This document shows, one piece after another, positions 37,663-47,729 of a stretch of 64,000 bases of DNA. The position numbers and the translations under genes are program-made. The stretch's first letter is position 1. Each line of letters starts with the position of its first letter. Below the pieces are notes generated by a model that had not been told where the DNA came from, searched no databases, and was given only the letters and a program-made list of their open reading frames with translations. Origin of the DNA: an uncultured Bacteriovoracaceae bacterium (lineage in GTDB: Bacteria > Bdellovibrionota > UBA2428); assembly GCA_964477895.1 (NCBI GenBank), contig CAYZFQ010000001.1, forward strand, positions 343,750 through 407,749, written 5' to 3'.

Positions 37663-38580
37663 GTGAACCAGTCGAGAGCCTTCTTGATGAGCATCGTGTT
37701 TGCCGGCCTCGCCATGCTTTTGGTTTACTTTTACGTTTCCGAGCGTGAGAGCAGCATTTCCGCCGAATACGGCACGCCCATTGCGGTGATCGTTGCCGCC
37801 AAAGACATCAACGAGTTCGAAGAAATTCAGCAAAGCATGTTGGCCGTAAAAGTCGTGCCCATGAAATTTGCTCAGCCAGGCGCTTACAACATGATCAAAT
37901 CGGGTAAGACCGAAAAACTTTCGCAGTTTACGGTAGAAACTTTTGTGGGCGCCGTGGCTTCGGCTCCCATTCGTAAGGGTGAGCAGGTCCTCTTAAATAA
38001 AGTTTTACTCAAGGGCGTGGAAACAGGCTTGGCCTCACAAGTCGCCATTTCGCGCCGAGCTCTTTCGATTCCCGTGAACGACACCACGGGAGTGACTAAA
38101 CTTTTAAAACCCGGCGACCGCGTGGATCTTATCGCGAGCGTTCAGTACAAGGGTCAGGGCGGTCAGGAATCTGAAGTTAAAACCCTCATGCAAAACGTTC
38201 ACGTTTTGGCCGTGGGTGAAGTGATCCAAAATAAAATTCCTACAGCCTTTGAAGTGGATCCTCTTTCAGGAACCCGAAAGGCTTTGAACCTTCGGGGGAG
38301 CCGCCAGTTCGGAACCATCACCGTAGAGGTCACCCCCGGCGAAGCTCAAAATATTATATGGGCTCTTCAAAACGGTTCTGAAATTTATACCAGCCTTCGA
38401 AATCCCGTAGATCGTGTGGTGGCCTCCGTCCCCACATCAACTGTGGACGAAGTCTTGGGACCTAACTCCAAAAAGGCCGAGCGGGAGCGAGTCAAACCCG
38501 TTATCAAGCCCGTGGAAAAAGCTCCGCCTCCGCCACCGCCTTCCAGCTTCAGCAACTCGGGTGGGGGATTATTTAAATAA
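37663..38580 (+). CDS. cpaB: Flp pilus assembly protein CpaB/RcpC
   Basis: N-terminal TM, SAF-like VIVAAKDI..PIRKGEQV, RALSIPV, LKPGDRVDLI, NVHVLAVG, ITVEVTP. Confidence 0.92.
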   Translation: MNQSRAFLMSIVFAGLAMLLVYFYVSERESSISAEYGTPIAVIVAAKDINEFEEIQQSMLAVKVVPMKFAQPGAYNMIKSGKTEKLSQFTVETFVGAVASAPIRKGEQVLLNKVLLKGVETGLASQVAISRRALSIPVNDTTGVTKLLKPGDRVDLIASVQYKGQGGQESEVKTLMQNVHVLAVGEVIQNKIPTAFEVDPLSGTRKALNLRGSRQFGTITVEVTPGEAQNIIWALQNGSEIYTSLRNPVDRVVASVPTSTVDEVLGPNSKKAERERVKPVIKPVEKAPPPPPPSSFSNSGGGLFK

Positions 38581-38581
38581 T

Positions 38582-40414
38582 ATGAGAAAGTCTTTCTTAA
38601 AGTTTTCTCTTTTGGTACTCGGAGTTTTTATAGGCTCCCTTCGAGCTCAGGACGCCGAGCCGGCTCCAGATTCCTCAACTAACCGAAATCCAGCCATGGT
38701 TCCTCCGGCGGGTTCACCGGCCGAAGCTGAGCCCGCACCCACTCCCTTGGCTGAAGAAACCCCAGCTCCCACTCCGCTTAAGGAAACCCTTTCATTAATA
38801 GACGGGATTAAAAGCGATGTTCCTGGATCCATTGCAGATACCAACGTTAACCGAATCATGGAATCTAAGGTTAAGTCCCAAACTTTAAATCCTGACAAAG
38901 GCTTTGAAGACCTCTTCTTAACTAAGAACTCCAGTGCGGTATTAGACATTCATAAACTGCCCGTGAAAAATCCCGGGGAAGATTTGGAATGGCTCCAAAC
39001 CAATATTGGCATTGTGGCCAAATCAGAAAAAGACCCCTCAGGTGGTTTTCGTGTTTATGCGGGAACCCAAGTGGGTTCGACTCAAATTCTTGTTTACGAG
39101 CGCAAGGCCGCTGTTGCCGGTAAACGAGATCGTGGAAATCTCCTTAAAGTCTACCGAGTAACGGTAACCAGCGAAGACCTTCTTTCACTGCTCCAAGAAA
39201 TTAAGGCCCTAATCGGAAATGTGGAAGGTCTAGATATTCGAGTGGTGGGCACCCAAGTCGTGATTGATGGAGCGGTCCTTGTCCCCAAAGACATGCGCCG
39301 AGTGGTGGCCGTGGTGAGCAAATATCAAACAGAGAAAAAGCCAGTGATTAACTTAGCTGAGATCTCTCCTCTAACTACCAAGCTTCTGGCTGAAAAAATG
39401 GAAGAAGAAATTGCGGGTGGAAAAGACCGACCCCGCGAAATTAAAGTTAAAGTCGTGAACGGAAGGTTTTTCCTAGAAGGTGCGGTAGACAAACAGGCTG
39501 AGCGTGAAACCGCCGTTCGAATTTGCCAAGCCTACATTTCAGAGCGCTACACCCTTGAAAACTCAGCCTCGGTGCAATCGCCTCGAATTCCAGGCCTTAA
39601 TGAATGTGTGCTGATGGTAAAGATTCGCCAAGGCCAGCCGGCGGATCCCGATCCCATCATTAGTGTACGCGTGGATTTTGTTACTTTAGATCGAAACTAC
39701 CTTAAGAGCTTTAACTTTAGGTGGGCGCCTGGAATGAACTTGAAGGGCGAAGTGGGTTATTCCAGTGACGCCGGAAAATTTCTCACTTCCTTTGTGGGCC
39801 TCTTGGATAATCTATTTCCCAAGTTAGAAACAGCGGCTTCTCATGGACATGCGCGTATTCTTAAAACGGCAACTCTTCTTGTGCGAGACGGCGAGAACGC
39901 GGCCAAAGGTGGGGGAGCGCCGCCCGAGGCTCAAATATCTGAAGTGTTAAAACTTCCTGTAATGATTCAGGGCACCGCTAATTCGCCAGGATCTTTCACC
40001 ACGGTTCCGGTTGAAACCTACATTAAAATTTTGGCCAAATCGGTGCCAGGGTCCGACAAAGTGAATATGGATATCTCAGCCAAGCAGTCTGAGATTAAAA
40101 GCCAAAACAAAGAGCAAGGTCCCACCGTCTTAGACAACATGATCCAAACCAGTATCGTGGTGGCCAACGGTGAAAGTGCGGCCTTAGGTGGCTTGATTGC
40201 CGAACGTCGCAACGTAGATATCACCCGGGACCCGGCCTCCGATGGTAACGCGGCCACTTCAGCCCAAAATAAATTTGAACTCTTCGACATCGGTCGAGGT
40301 CATAGCTTCAGCGACTCCAAAGTGCAGTTTATTGTCTTTGCCACACCCGAGAAACTGCGCACACCCTCTGAAGGAACCGAAAAACTTAAGCGTAAGTTTA
40401 GGTTGAGGAAGTAA
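38582..40414 (+). CDS. cpaC: CpaC/RcpA-like secretin with BON-like domains
   Basis: Signal peptide, Pro-rich linker, VVIDGAV and FFLEGAV BON-like repeats, secretin C-domain TSIVVANGESAALGGLI..FIVFATP. Confidence 0.8.
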   Translation: MRKSFLKFSLLVLGVFIGSLRAQDAEPAPDSSTNRNPAMVPPAGSPAEAEPAPTPLAEETPAPTPLKETLSLIDGIKSDVPGSIADTNVNRIMESKVKSQTLNPDKGFEDLFLTKNSSAVLDIHKLPVKNPGEDLEWLQTNIGIVAKSEKDPSGGFRVYAGTQVGSTQILVYERKAAVAGKRDRGNLLKVYRVTVTSEDLLSLLQEIKALIGNVEGLDIRVVGTQVVIDGAVLVPKDMRRVVAVVSKYQTEKKPVINLAEISPLTTKLLAEKMEEEIAGGKDRPREIKVKVVNGRFFLEGAVDKQAERETAVRICQAYISERYTLENSASVQSPRIPGLNECVLMVKIRQGQPADPDPIISVRVDFVTLDRNYLKSFNFRWAPGMNLKGEVGYSSDAGKFLTSFVGLLDNLFPKLETAASHGHARILKTATLLVRDGENAAKGGGAPPEAQISEVLKLPVMIQGTANSPGSFTTVPVETYIKILAKSVPGSDKVNMDISAKQSEIKSQNKEQGPTVLDNMIQTSIVVANGESAALGGLIAERRNVDITRDPASDGNAATSAQNKFELFDIGRGHSFSDSKVQFIVFATPEKLRTPSEGTEKLKRKFRLRK

Positions 40415-40417
40415 ATC

Positions 40418-42607
40418 ATGGCTGATCCAAACCAAAGTCCGGGCGGTCACATCATCGCCATCGTAGGTGGTAAGGGTGGAGTTGGAAAATCAGTTTTTGC
40501 CGCCAACTTTGCCCTCTCCATGGCCATCGATGCCAAGAATGGCCCGGCTCTAATTGATATGGATCCTCAGGGTACCGGCGACTTAAATTTGATCTTAGGC
40601 ATCAAGCAGGTCAAAGGTTTCGGTGAGCAAGTGCTCGAGGGAAAGATTCGAGATTCTGCGGCCCTAAAGCAATTTCTGACCCCAGCTCCTAACACACAGA
40701 GCCCACTTTACACCTTGCAGATGATGAGCAACCCTGAGCGCCTTCTCGTCCAAGATGATGAGCGTGTGGATTTAGCCTTAAAATCTTTGCGCAAAGCCTT
40801 TCCTGTAACCATCATCGACTGTGGCACTTCACTTGAAGGGCCGATTCTTAAAGTTTTGGATTTGGCTTCGATGATCATGGTAGTGACCAACCCCGAGATT
40901 CTTGTTCTCAACCAGACGAAGAAGATCTTAGATAAAATCCAAACCCTGCTTTATCCGCCCGACATGACAAAAATAGTTTTAAACAAGGTTTCACCTCAAA
41001 GTCCCTACACGGCGCAATTTTTAGAGCAAAGTCTTAAGCGCCAGGTGATATCTGTGGTCCCTGAAGATGTGGCTGCCGCCAGTATGGGTTTGGCCAAAGG
41101 ATCTCCTTTTGTGGTGTCTTCACCTCAGTCCGGCGCCTCCAAAGCTCTTTTCCAGCTCAGTCGCCTGCTCATTGAGCGCAAAGTCTTAGATCAGCTCCAA
41201 ACTCTAAGTCGCCCCCCTCGTCCCAAAGCGGCCTTGGAAGTTATTGAGGGCGGAGCCTCATCGGTGGCTGCAGGCTCCAGCGGTAACAATGAGGTTAAGC
41301 ACGGACGTTTTGGAAAGGATCCCAGAGATCCGCGCAGCATTTTTAAACTCCGAGTCCATGCTCAGCTTGTTGAAAAAATGGATTTAAAAAAAGAACAGCT
41401 CGATCGGGCCTTAGACAACGAGAAAAAAGTGGAGCTTAAGAACAAAGCTCTTAAAATCGTGAGTGAGATCATGAATAACGAAGACCACCCTTGGAAGAGC
41501 CGCGAAGACAGCGCTCAACTCATCAAGGAAGTCTTAGATGAGGCCCTAGCCCTGGGGCCCTTAGAAGATTTGATAGCCGATGATTCCGTTACCGAAATCA
41601 TGGTGAACCGAGCTGACCTAATTTATATTGAGCGCGCGGGTCGCAATACTAAGTCTAAAGTAACTTTTTCAAGCAATACCCAGTTGATGGCGGTCATTGA
41701 GCGGATCGTCAATCCTATCGGCCGGCGCATTGATGAAAAAACCCCCTACGTAGACGCCCGTTTAGCAGACGGAAGCCGGGTCCATGCCATCATTCCTCCC
41801 CTTTCATTAGATGGTCCCATGGTCACCATTCGTAAATTTCCTAAAAAGCGATTGGGCCCTGAAGATTTAATTAAATACGGTTCGGTCACACCCGAAATGT
41901 CAGATTTTTTACGAGCCTGCATTGAAGCCCGCCTCAATGTGATTGTGAGTGGGGGTACGGGTTCTGGTAAAACCACTCTTTTAAATATTTTATCAAGTTT
42001 TATCCCAGCAACTGAACGTATCCTTACCGTGGAAGACGCGGCCGAGTTGCGGCTTAACCAAGAGCACGTGGGCCGTTTAGAAACACGTCCTCCCAATATC
42101 GAAGGCGCCGGTGCTGTTACTATTCGAGATCTGGTACGCCAAACTCTGCGTATGAAACCTGACCGCATCATCATTGGTGAAGTGCGAGCCGGTGAGGCGC
42201 TCGACATGCTTCAGGCCATGAATACGGGGCACGATGGTTCAATGGCCACGGTCCATGCCAATACTCCGCGAGATGCCATCGCTCGTTTGGAAACTCTCGT
42301 GATGATGGCGGGCATGGACTTACCCGCCAAGGCCATTCGCGACCAAATTTCTAGCGCTGTGCATTTGGTGGTTCAACAAAGCCGTTTATCCGATGGGTCT
42401 CGTAAAGTGACTTACGTGACGGAGATCACCGGGATGCAGGGAGATGTGATTTCTTCCCAAGATATATTTCAGTTTAAGCAACAAGGTTTGGATTCCAATC
42501 GCAAGGTAATCGGTAAGCACGTGGCGACCGGTTTTATTCCTAAGTTTATCGAGAGGATTGAGGCTTTGGGAATCAAAATTCCCCGAGGACTCTTTAAAGC
42601 GGCATGA
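40418..42607 (+). CDS. cpaF: CpaE(MinD/ParA-like)-CpaF/TadA ATPase fusion
   Basis: N-domain GGKGGVGKS (deviant Walker A); C-domain VTEIMVN, SGGTGSGKTT, EDAAEL, LRMKPDRIIIGEVR, NTGHDGS. Confidence 0.93.
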   Translation: MADPNQSPGGHIIAIVGGKGGVGKSVFAANFALSMAIDAKNGPALIDMDPQGTGDLNLILGIKQVKGFGEQVLEGKIRDSAALKQFLTPAPNTQSPLYTLQMMSNPERLLVQDDERVDLALKSLRKAFPVTIIDCGTSLEGPILKVLDLASMIMVVTNPEILVLNQTKKILDKIQTLLYPPDMTKIVLNKVSPQSPYTAQFLEQSLKRQVISVVPEDVAAASMGLAKGSPFVVSSPQSGASKALFQLSRLLIERKVLDQLQTLSRPPRPKAALEVIEGGASSVAAGSSGNNEVKHGRFGKDPRDPRSIFKLRVHAQLVEKMDLKKEQLDRALDNEKKVELKNKALKIVSEIMNNEDHPWKSREDSAQLIKEVLDEALALGPLEDLIADDSVTEIMVNRADLIYIERAGRNTKSKVTFSSNTQLMAVIERIVNPIGRRIDEKTPYVDARLADGSRVHAIIPPLSLDGPMVTIRKFPKKRLGPEDLIKYGSVTPEMSDFLRACIEARLNVIVSGGTGSGKTTLLNILSSFIPATERILTVEDAAELRLNQEHVGRLETRPPNIEGAGAVTIRDLVRQTLRMKPDRIIIGEVRAGEALDMLQAMNTGHDGSMATVHANTPRDAIARLETLVMMAGMDLPAKAIRDQISSAVHLVVQQSRLSDGSRKVTYVTEITGMQGDVISSQDIFQFKQQGLDSNRKVIGKHVATGFIPKFIERIEALGIKIPRGLFKAA

Positions 42608-43473
42608 ACGTTTGGCTTATCTCCATACTTTCAGCGCTGCTTTTCTTTTTTTCGCTGTATCTTTCTTTTGATTATTGGTTCGAAAAACTCTGGCTGGGTA
42701 ACATGGTCAAAACCACAGAAGAAGCCGTGCGAGTTTTTGAAGATGTCTTTCAGCCCAAAACTATTGAACAAATGCGCAACCTGCAACTATCTATTGCCGG
42801 TGGCTCTTCGGCTCTAATTTTATTCCTGTGTTGGCCGGAAGTGGCCATAGGTATCCCCGCAGCTTTAATTACTTTTTGGTACACCTGGAAGCTGCCCCTT
42901 GTTTATATCAAGTATTGGGTGCGCCCCCGTCGAATTACCCAGTTTTCCCACCAAATGGTGGACGCTCTGACTCTTATGGCTAACGGTCTTAAGTCCGGGC
43001 TCAACATCTCCCAGGCTTTGCAAATTGTGGTGGACGAGATGCCGGCCCCCATTCGGGAAGAGTTTGGTTTAGTGCTCAACGAGAATAAAATCGGGGCCAC
43101 CTTAGAGAAGGCTTTTGAGAACATGGGAGCTCGGATGCCGTCAGAAGACGTGAGCATGTTTGTGACCTCGGTAAACATTTTGCGCGAAACAGGCGGTAAC
43201 ATCGCCGAAACTTTTGAAACCATTACCAAAACCATCCGCGAACGCATCAAATTACAGAATAAAATATCAGCCATGACGGCCCAAGGGATGACTTCAGCCT
43301 TCATTGTAGGAGCCATGCCCTGGGGCATTGGCATCATGCTCTATGGGATCGACCCTGACACGATGCGGCCAGTCTTCACTCGGGCCGCGGGCATTGTGAT
43401 CTTAATGATTATTACGGCACTCGAGGTGCTAGGTTTCTACGTGATCGTCAAAATTGTGAGGATCCGCGTATGA
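42604..43473 (+). CDS. tadB: TadB inner-membrane platform protein
   Basis: DALTLMANGLKSGL, ETGGNIAE, RERIKL..AMTAQG. Confidence 0.9.
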   Translation: MNVWLISILSALLFFFSLYLSFDYWFEKLWLGNMVKTTEEAVRVFEDVFQPKTIEQMRNLQLSIAGGSSALILFLCWPEVAIGIPAALITFWYTWKLPLVYIKYWVRPRRITQFSHQMVDALTLMANGLKSGLNISQALQIVVDEMPAPIREEFGLVLNENKIGATLEKAFENMGARMPSEDVSMFVTSVNILRETGGNIAETFETITKTIRERIKLQNKISAMTAQGMTSAFIVGAMPWGIGIMLYGIDPDTMRPVFTRAAGIVILMIITALEVLGFYVIVKIVRIRV

Positions 43474-43553
43474 TACAGAGGGCCCATGAAAAACTATTGA
43501 CGCCTTACCGGATGAGAAACCGGGTTAGACTATTAAAAAGTTCAGGAGGGATT

Positions 43554-45149
43554 ATGGCTCGTACTCGAAATCTTTGGCTTCTTGGAGTTCTTTTATTCAG
43601 TGCTTCTATCTCGCAGGCGGGAGTGAACGTGAACAACGGGAATTTCTACATTGCGTATACGGATTTTTTCCTTCCCACTCCGGGACTGAATGTGGAAATC
43701 ACCCGCACCTACAATAGCCGATCAAACTATGCCAAAGGCTACTTTGGGATGGGTTGGTCCTCTGAAATGGAAGGTTACCTAGTTTTCGATAAGAGCACCT
43801 TGGTTTACTTCGAGGGAGGCGGAGGTAACGCCGTTCGCTTCGAGCCTGTGAAAGGTAAAAAAGGGGAGTGGTCTAACTCCATCTACGGAAATCAAAATAT
43901 TCGGCAAATCAAAAATGGCTATGTGCTGCGCACTCCCGTGGCTAAGGACCTCCAGTTTGATATGAAGGGCCGGCTGGCCAAGATTTCCGACCGCAATCGC
44001 AATTACATTGAGTTTGTCTACAAGGGTGTTCGCCCGCAGATGATCAAAGACAACCACAATAACCAAATCAAAATTAGCTGGAAAGACTTCGGAAAGTTCC
44101 CCCGAATTGTGGCTCTCGAGCGTGGTGAAATGAAAGCCCGATATGAGTATTCACCAACCGGTGATCTTGTTAAGGCCTCCGGCCTCGATGGCAACCCTTT
44201 CGAGTACGCCTGGGATGACGAACACAATCTCACCAAGATTTCTTATAAAGACGGCACCTACCGAGAAATCGCTTACAACAAAGTTCGCGACTGGGTTGTG
44301 AAGTACCGGGAGCGCGACAAATGGATTACCGACTACGAATATATCTCGGATACTTTAGATCCAGAGAATAAATTTGGAACCGTTGTGAGCCGCTACAAAG
44401 AGGGCTCAAAAGATAAAGAATCATCGCGCTACTGGTACGAGTTCCGCCGGCGCGCGGATGGCAGTCGTTACAATTACAAAGCCGTAACGCTAGCCAATAA
44501 CTTAGCGACAGAGTCCATCTTCACGGAGTGTTGCAATACTCCACTTGTCATTTCGCAGTGGAACAGCAATGACCCCAAACGAAGTGACGCACCGGATGCC
44601 TGGATTACAGCCAAGGGTCAAAAGCGCTCCACTTTTTTTGAATATTATGCCGATGGATTGTTAAAGAAGAAAACGGCTCCGGATGGAGCTGTAACTTTCT
44701 TAACCTACGATCCTAAAAATGGGAAAGTGGCCTCGGTAAGCCGTGCCGGTCGTAAAGTGGAATACAACTACGATGTGCGCGGAAACTTAGACTGGGCCTA
44801 CGATAGTGGCGACAATAAGCGCATTGACCTGACCTACGACCTTAAGGGTCGAATCACGGTAGTTAAAGAAGCGATCAATGGTGCCAAAGCCAGCTCTCGA
44901 CTCGTGTACTTCCGCTACAATGCTGAAGGAAAACCGATTGAGGTGAAAGAAAAAACTTCAGACGGCAACCAAGGATCCATTCAAATTGCCTACGATCGTA
45001 ACGGCGAAGTCTTAGCCATCACCAACAGTAAGGGTCGGGCCGTAGCTTCTGAGAACGAAATCGCAACGGCTCAGCGAGTGGCCATGACTTTCCAGAACTT
45101 AATGGAAATCGTGCAGCCCGCAGGGGTTAGCCTGAGTCCGGAAGGGTGA
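43554..45149 (+). CDS. Secreted RHS/YD-repeat protein (positional equivalent of Bd0109)
   Basis: Signal peptide; NGNF..TD..TRTYNS..FGMGW N-domain; repeats such as YEYSPTGDL, YNYDVRGNL, TYDLKGRI; SD AGGAGG. Confidence 0.88.
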   Translation: MARTRNLWLLGVLLFSASISQAGVNVNNGNFYIAYTDFFLPTPGLNVEITRTYNSRSNYAKGYFGMGWSSEMEGYLVFDKSTLVYFEGGGGNAVRFEPVKGKKGEWSNSIYGNQNIRQIKNGYVLRTPVAKDLQFDMKGRLAKISDRNRNYIEFVYKGVRPQMIKDNHNNQIKISWKDFGKFPRIVALERGEMKARYEYSPTGDLVKASGLDGNPFEYAWDDEHNLTKISYKDGTYREIAYNKVRDWVVKYRERDKWITDYEYISDTLDPENKFGTVVSRYKEGSKDKESSRYWYEFRRRADGSRYNYKAVTLANNLATESIFTECCNTPLVISQWNSNDPKRSDAPDAWITAKGQKRSTFFEYYADGLLKKKTAPDGAVTFLTYDPKNGKVASVSRAGRKVEYNYDVRGNLDWAYDSGDNKRIDLTYDLKGRITVVKEAINGAKASSRLVYFRYNAEGKPIEVKEKTSDGNQGSIQIAYDRNGEVLAITNSKGRAVASENEIATAQRVAMTFQNLMEIVQPAGVSLSPEG

Positions 45150-45161
45150 TAGGGGAAGAAA

Positions 45162-45584
45162 ATGAAAATAAAAATTTTATCTCTTCTCAGTATTTTTACT
45201 CTCACAAGCTCCGCTTTTGCCCAAGGCTACATTCAGGGTAGGGGCGGCGGAGGCTGGGATCAGCAAGGCGGCACCCAAGAAACGATTCGTTATCGTGAAA
45301 GCTATAACCAGCAGGGCGGTCAGCAGGGCGCCTACGTGAATTGTATGCCGAATTGTCCACCCTCGGTGGTGATGCCACAGCGCTCCCAGGTGCTAGTTGC
45401 TGAAACCGGTGACATCATCAATGGTTGCGACACGGGCCGCTTTGATAAAAAAGAATGGCGCAACGACTACCGTGATGAAGGCGACGAACGCGAGCACGTG
45501 ATCAGAGAAAGAGTGTATGTACCACCTCGGTCAGAAGGCGATGGTAAAGAAGTGCCTCCAAGAAGTAACGGTTTAAAGAAGTAA
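45162..45584 (+). CDS. Small secreted, likely disordered protein (positional equivalent of Bd0108/Hit)
   Basis: Signal peptide ending AFA; Gly/Gln-rich then charged low-complexity body; directly follows the RHS gene. Confidence 0.7.
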   Translation: MKIKILSLLSIFTLTSSAFAQGYIQGRGGGGWDQQGGTQETIRYRESYNQQGGQQGAYVNCMPNCPPSVVMPQRSQVLVAETGDIINGCDTGRFDKKEWRNDYRDEGDEREHVIRERVYVPPRSEGDGKEVPPRSNGLKK

Positions 45585-47729
45585 TTACTTCGTAACTCCA
45601 CCTGTGTAAGAAGGCAGCCAGCTCCAGCCCCAAGTGCTGGGCTTATTCCAAATGCGCTTTGGAGGTCCCGCTTTTTTCGGCTGCCAGTTCCATCCGGGCA
45701 TTCCCTTAATGGAATAAGTTTGCTTTCGTTCTATTTCCCTTTCTTCAGCGGCAATTCTAATGGAACTTTCGCTCCACTGATCCGCTCTTTCAAAAGCCAA
45801 GCTAAGAGACTTAGCATCGTGCTGAGCACTGTCTAAGCGATTCAGGGAAGTGGTCTCTCTCCAGAACGGCTGGGTGGGTGTGGAAATTTCTGGCGTGGGC
45901 AGCTGGGCTTCCGCTTCAGGCAAATTAATTACCGCCACTACCCCTGGATGCTTTTCCAGATTAGCCATTTTTTCGGGACTGTGAGCTTCTTTTTCAGCGG
46001 CAGCCTCAGCTTCTTTGGTCATTGTCTTAATTTCTTCTTCAAGACCCTTTATGGCCTTGTCCAAGTTGGCAATGTCGCTAATGTCGAAGTCGCTTTTAGG
46101 AGGCCCAATGTCGTTTTTCTCTTGTATAAGTTTATACATTTCATCGCTTTTCGCCCGAATGGCCAAGTGGTCTTCTTTCGACATCATAGGACGAGCAATA
46201 ATCACAATAGACTTAGTCTCGGACGGTGGAGCCATGGGCATTGGGGGGCCTTCTAGCGCTGGCGCACCAGGCGGTAGCTTTCTAAACTCGAGTTGGGGTA
46301 TTTCTTCGTTGCCAGTCTTGGTGACATCGACCTCGATGAAGGGCACTAATTTTTCAACCGGAGCTTGTACTCTTTCTAAGGGCCAAAATCTTTTAGCAAA
46401 GGCGCCTTCAATCGCTGTGATAACATCTTCGGTTTTAGATAGGGCGCGAGCCACGTAAATCTCGCTATTCTTCGCATTGACTAATGCCGGACCATCGATG
46501 CCATTGTAAGTTCCAGCAAGATAGGCCGGTGAAAAGAATTTTTGGAGCATGGAGCGCACGAGCAGAAGATCTTCCCGATTTTGCTTCCACTGCTGATAAA
46601 AGGCACGAAGTTCTTCTTCTCTTTCCACTTCAGCAAACGAATTTTGTCCCAGATTCGAATGAATTCCTTCTAAATCAGGCATGAAATCATTTTTAACCAC
46701 ATCGAGATAGAGATCGCTGATATCTTTTTGAGCCCGGGCAAGGCTGTCGGCCACAGGATCTACACGGTAAACAGTGACCTTGGCTCGATAGGCCGTTTCA
46801 AGAGCGCCGACAACAATTCCCGCAATTGCAAGGCCAGAGGCGGTTTGACTCATGTGCCGACTCATCCCATCCATTAAATCTGGAATAAAGACCCGATTGC
46901 CGTAGCCTAAAAGGAGAGTGCCTGGCGCTGCAGGATTGGCGGGAGCCGTTGGAATCGCACCTTTCTTGGCGCGTTTCGCCAACACGCGTTTCCACTGTAA
47001 GTCGGAAATTCGTTTAGCATACCTGTTGCTAAACCAAAGTTGAGGTCGATGAGCTCGGCTTTGTAAACGATTGCCCGCCATCGAGAGGCCACCAATAACC
47101 ATGCGTCCGGTAAAGAGGGCGGCCGATGCCATGAGCCATCCTTCCGAGGCGTTATAGAAATTATTTGAGTGATATGAGAACTCTCCGTTTTGTTCGCGGT
47201 TTCGTTTAACTTCAAGCTCATTGCGCATTTTTGCTTGTAACGTGCTCATCAGCATGGAAATGGCGTCCCAAATGACGTCGGGCTTTTGAGGAAAGGTGAC
47301 GAGAGCGGTTCGAGAATAAACTTCTGTAATTTCTCCCATCATGGCTGCAAATGAAGCCTTCTCAGTGAGAGTATCAAAAAGCAAAGTTGCCACTTCGTCG
47401 GCTGCTTGCTCCGGGCTCAGAGAAAGAAGTACGGAGTTGGCGTAACGGTCGCGGCACCGCTTTCCATCGAGGCGTAACTCTTCGGCGGAAGCCTTGCCCT
47501 CCGGACTTTGAAGATTTTCATCAGGAGGCAAGAGCTTTCGATAAGTCTTAAAAGGTTCAGCGCGAGGGGTGGTGTCGAGTGCGGAGGCCTCTCTGTCTGC
47601 CAGAATACTTACGCACAGATATTCCGTGATTTTTTGCCGAGCGAGTTCGAAATCATCTTTAACTTCAGCCCCCTGGGCAGATAAAAAAGTGCCAGAAATC
47701 AACGCTAAGAAAAGGGTTTTGTAACTCAT
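45585..47729 (-). CDS. Large secreted hypothetical protein with hydrophobic segments and Trp-rich tail
   Basis: 714 aa, signal peptide; ATGA overlap with the upstream gene. Confidence 0.75.
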   Translation of the reverse strand: MSYKTLFLALISGTFLSAQGAEVKDDFELARQKITEYLCVSILADREASALDTTPRAEPFKTYRKLLPPDENLQSPEGKASAEELRLDGKRCRDRYANSVLLSLSPEQAADEVATLLFDTLTEKASFAAMMGEITEVYSRTALVTFPQKPDVIWDAISMLMSTLQAKMRNELEVKRNREQNGEFSYHSNNFYNASEGWLMASAALFTGRMVIGGLSMAGNRLQSRAHRPQLWFSNRYAKRISDLQWKRVLAKRAKKGAIPTAPANPAAPGTLLLGYGNRVFIPDLMDGMSRHMSQTASGLAIAGIVVGALETAYRAKVTVYRVDPVADSLARAQKDISDLYLDVVKNDFMPDLEGIHSNLGQNSFAEVEREEELRAFYQQWKQNREDLLLVRSMLQKFFSPAYLAGTYNGIDGPALVNAKNSEIYVARALSKTEDVITAIEGAFAKRFWPLERVQAPVEKLVPFIEVDVTKTGNEEIPQLEFRKLPPGAPALEGPPMPMAPPSETKSIVIIARPMMSKEDHLAIRAKSDEMYKLIQEKNDIGPPKSDFDISDIANLDKAIKGLEEEIKTMTKEAEAAAEKEAHSPEKMANLEKHPGVVAVINLPEAEAQLPTPEISTPTQPFWRETTSLNRLDSAQHDAKSLSLAFERADQWSESSIRIAAEEREIERKQTYSIKGMPGWNWQPKKAGPPKRIWNKPSTWGWSWLPSYTGGVTK

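Noticed and set aside
43554-45584. Classical Rhs toxin-immunity pair
   Set aside because: The RHS protein is short, Sec-exported and lacks the DPxG cleavage motif and a toxin tip
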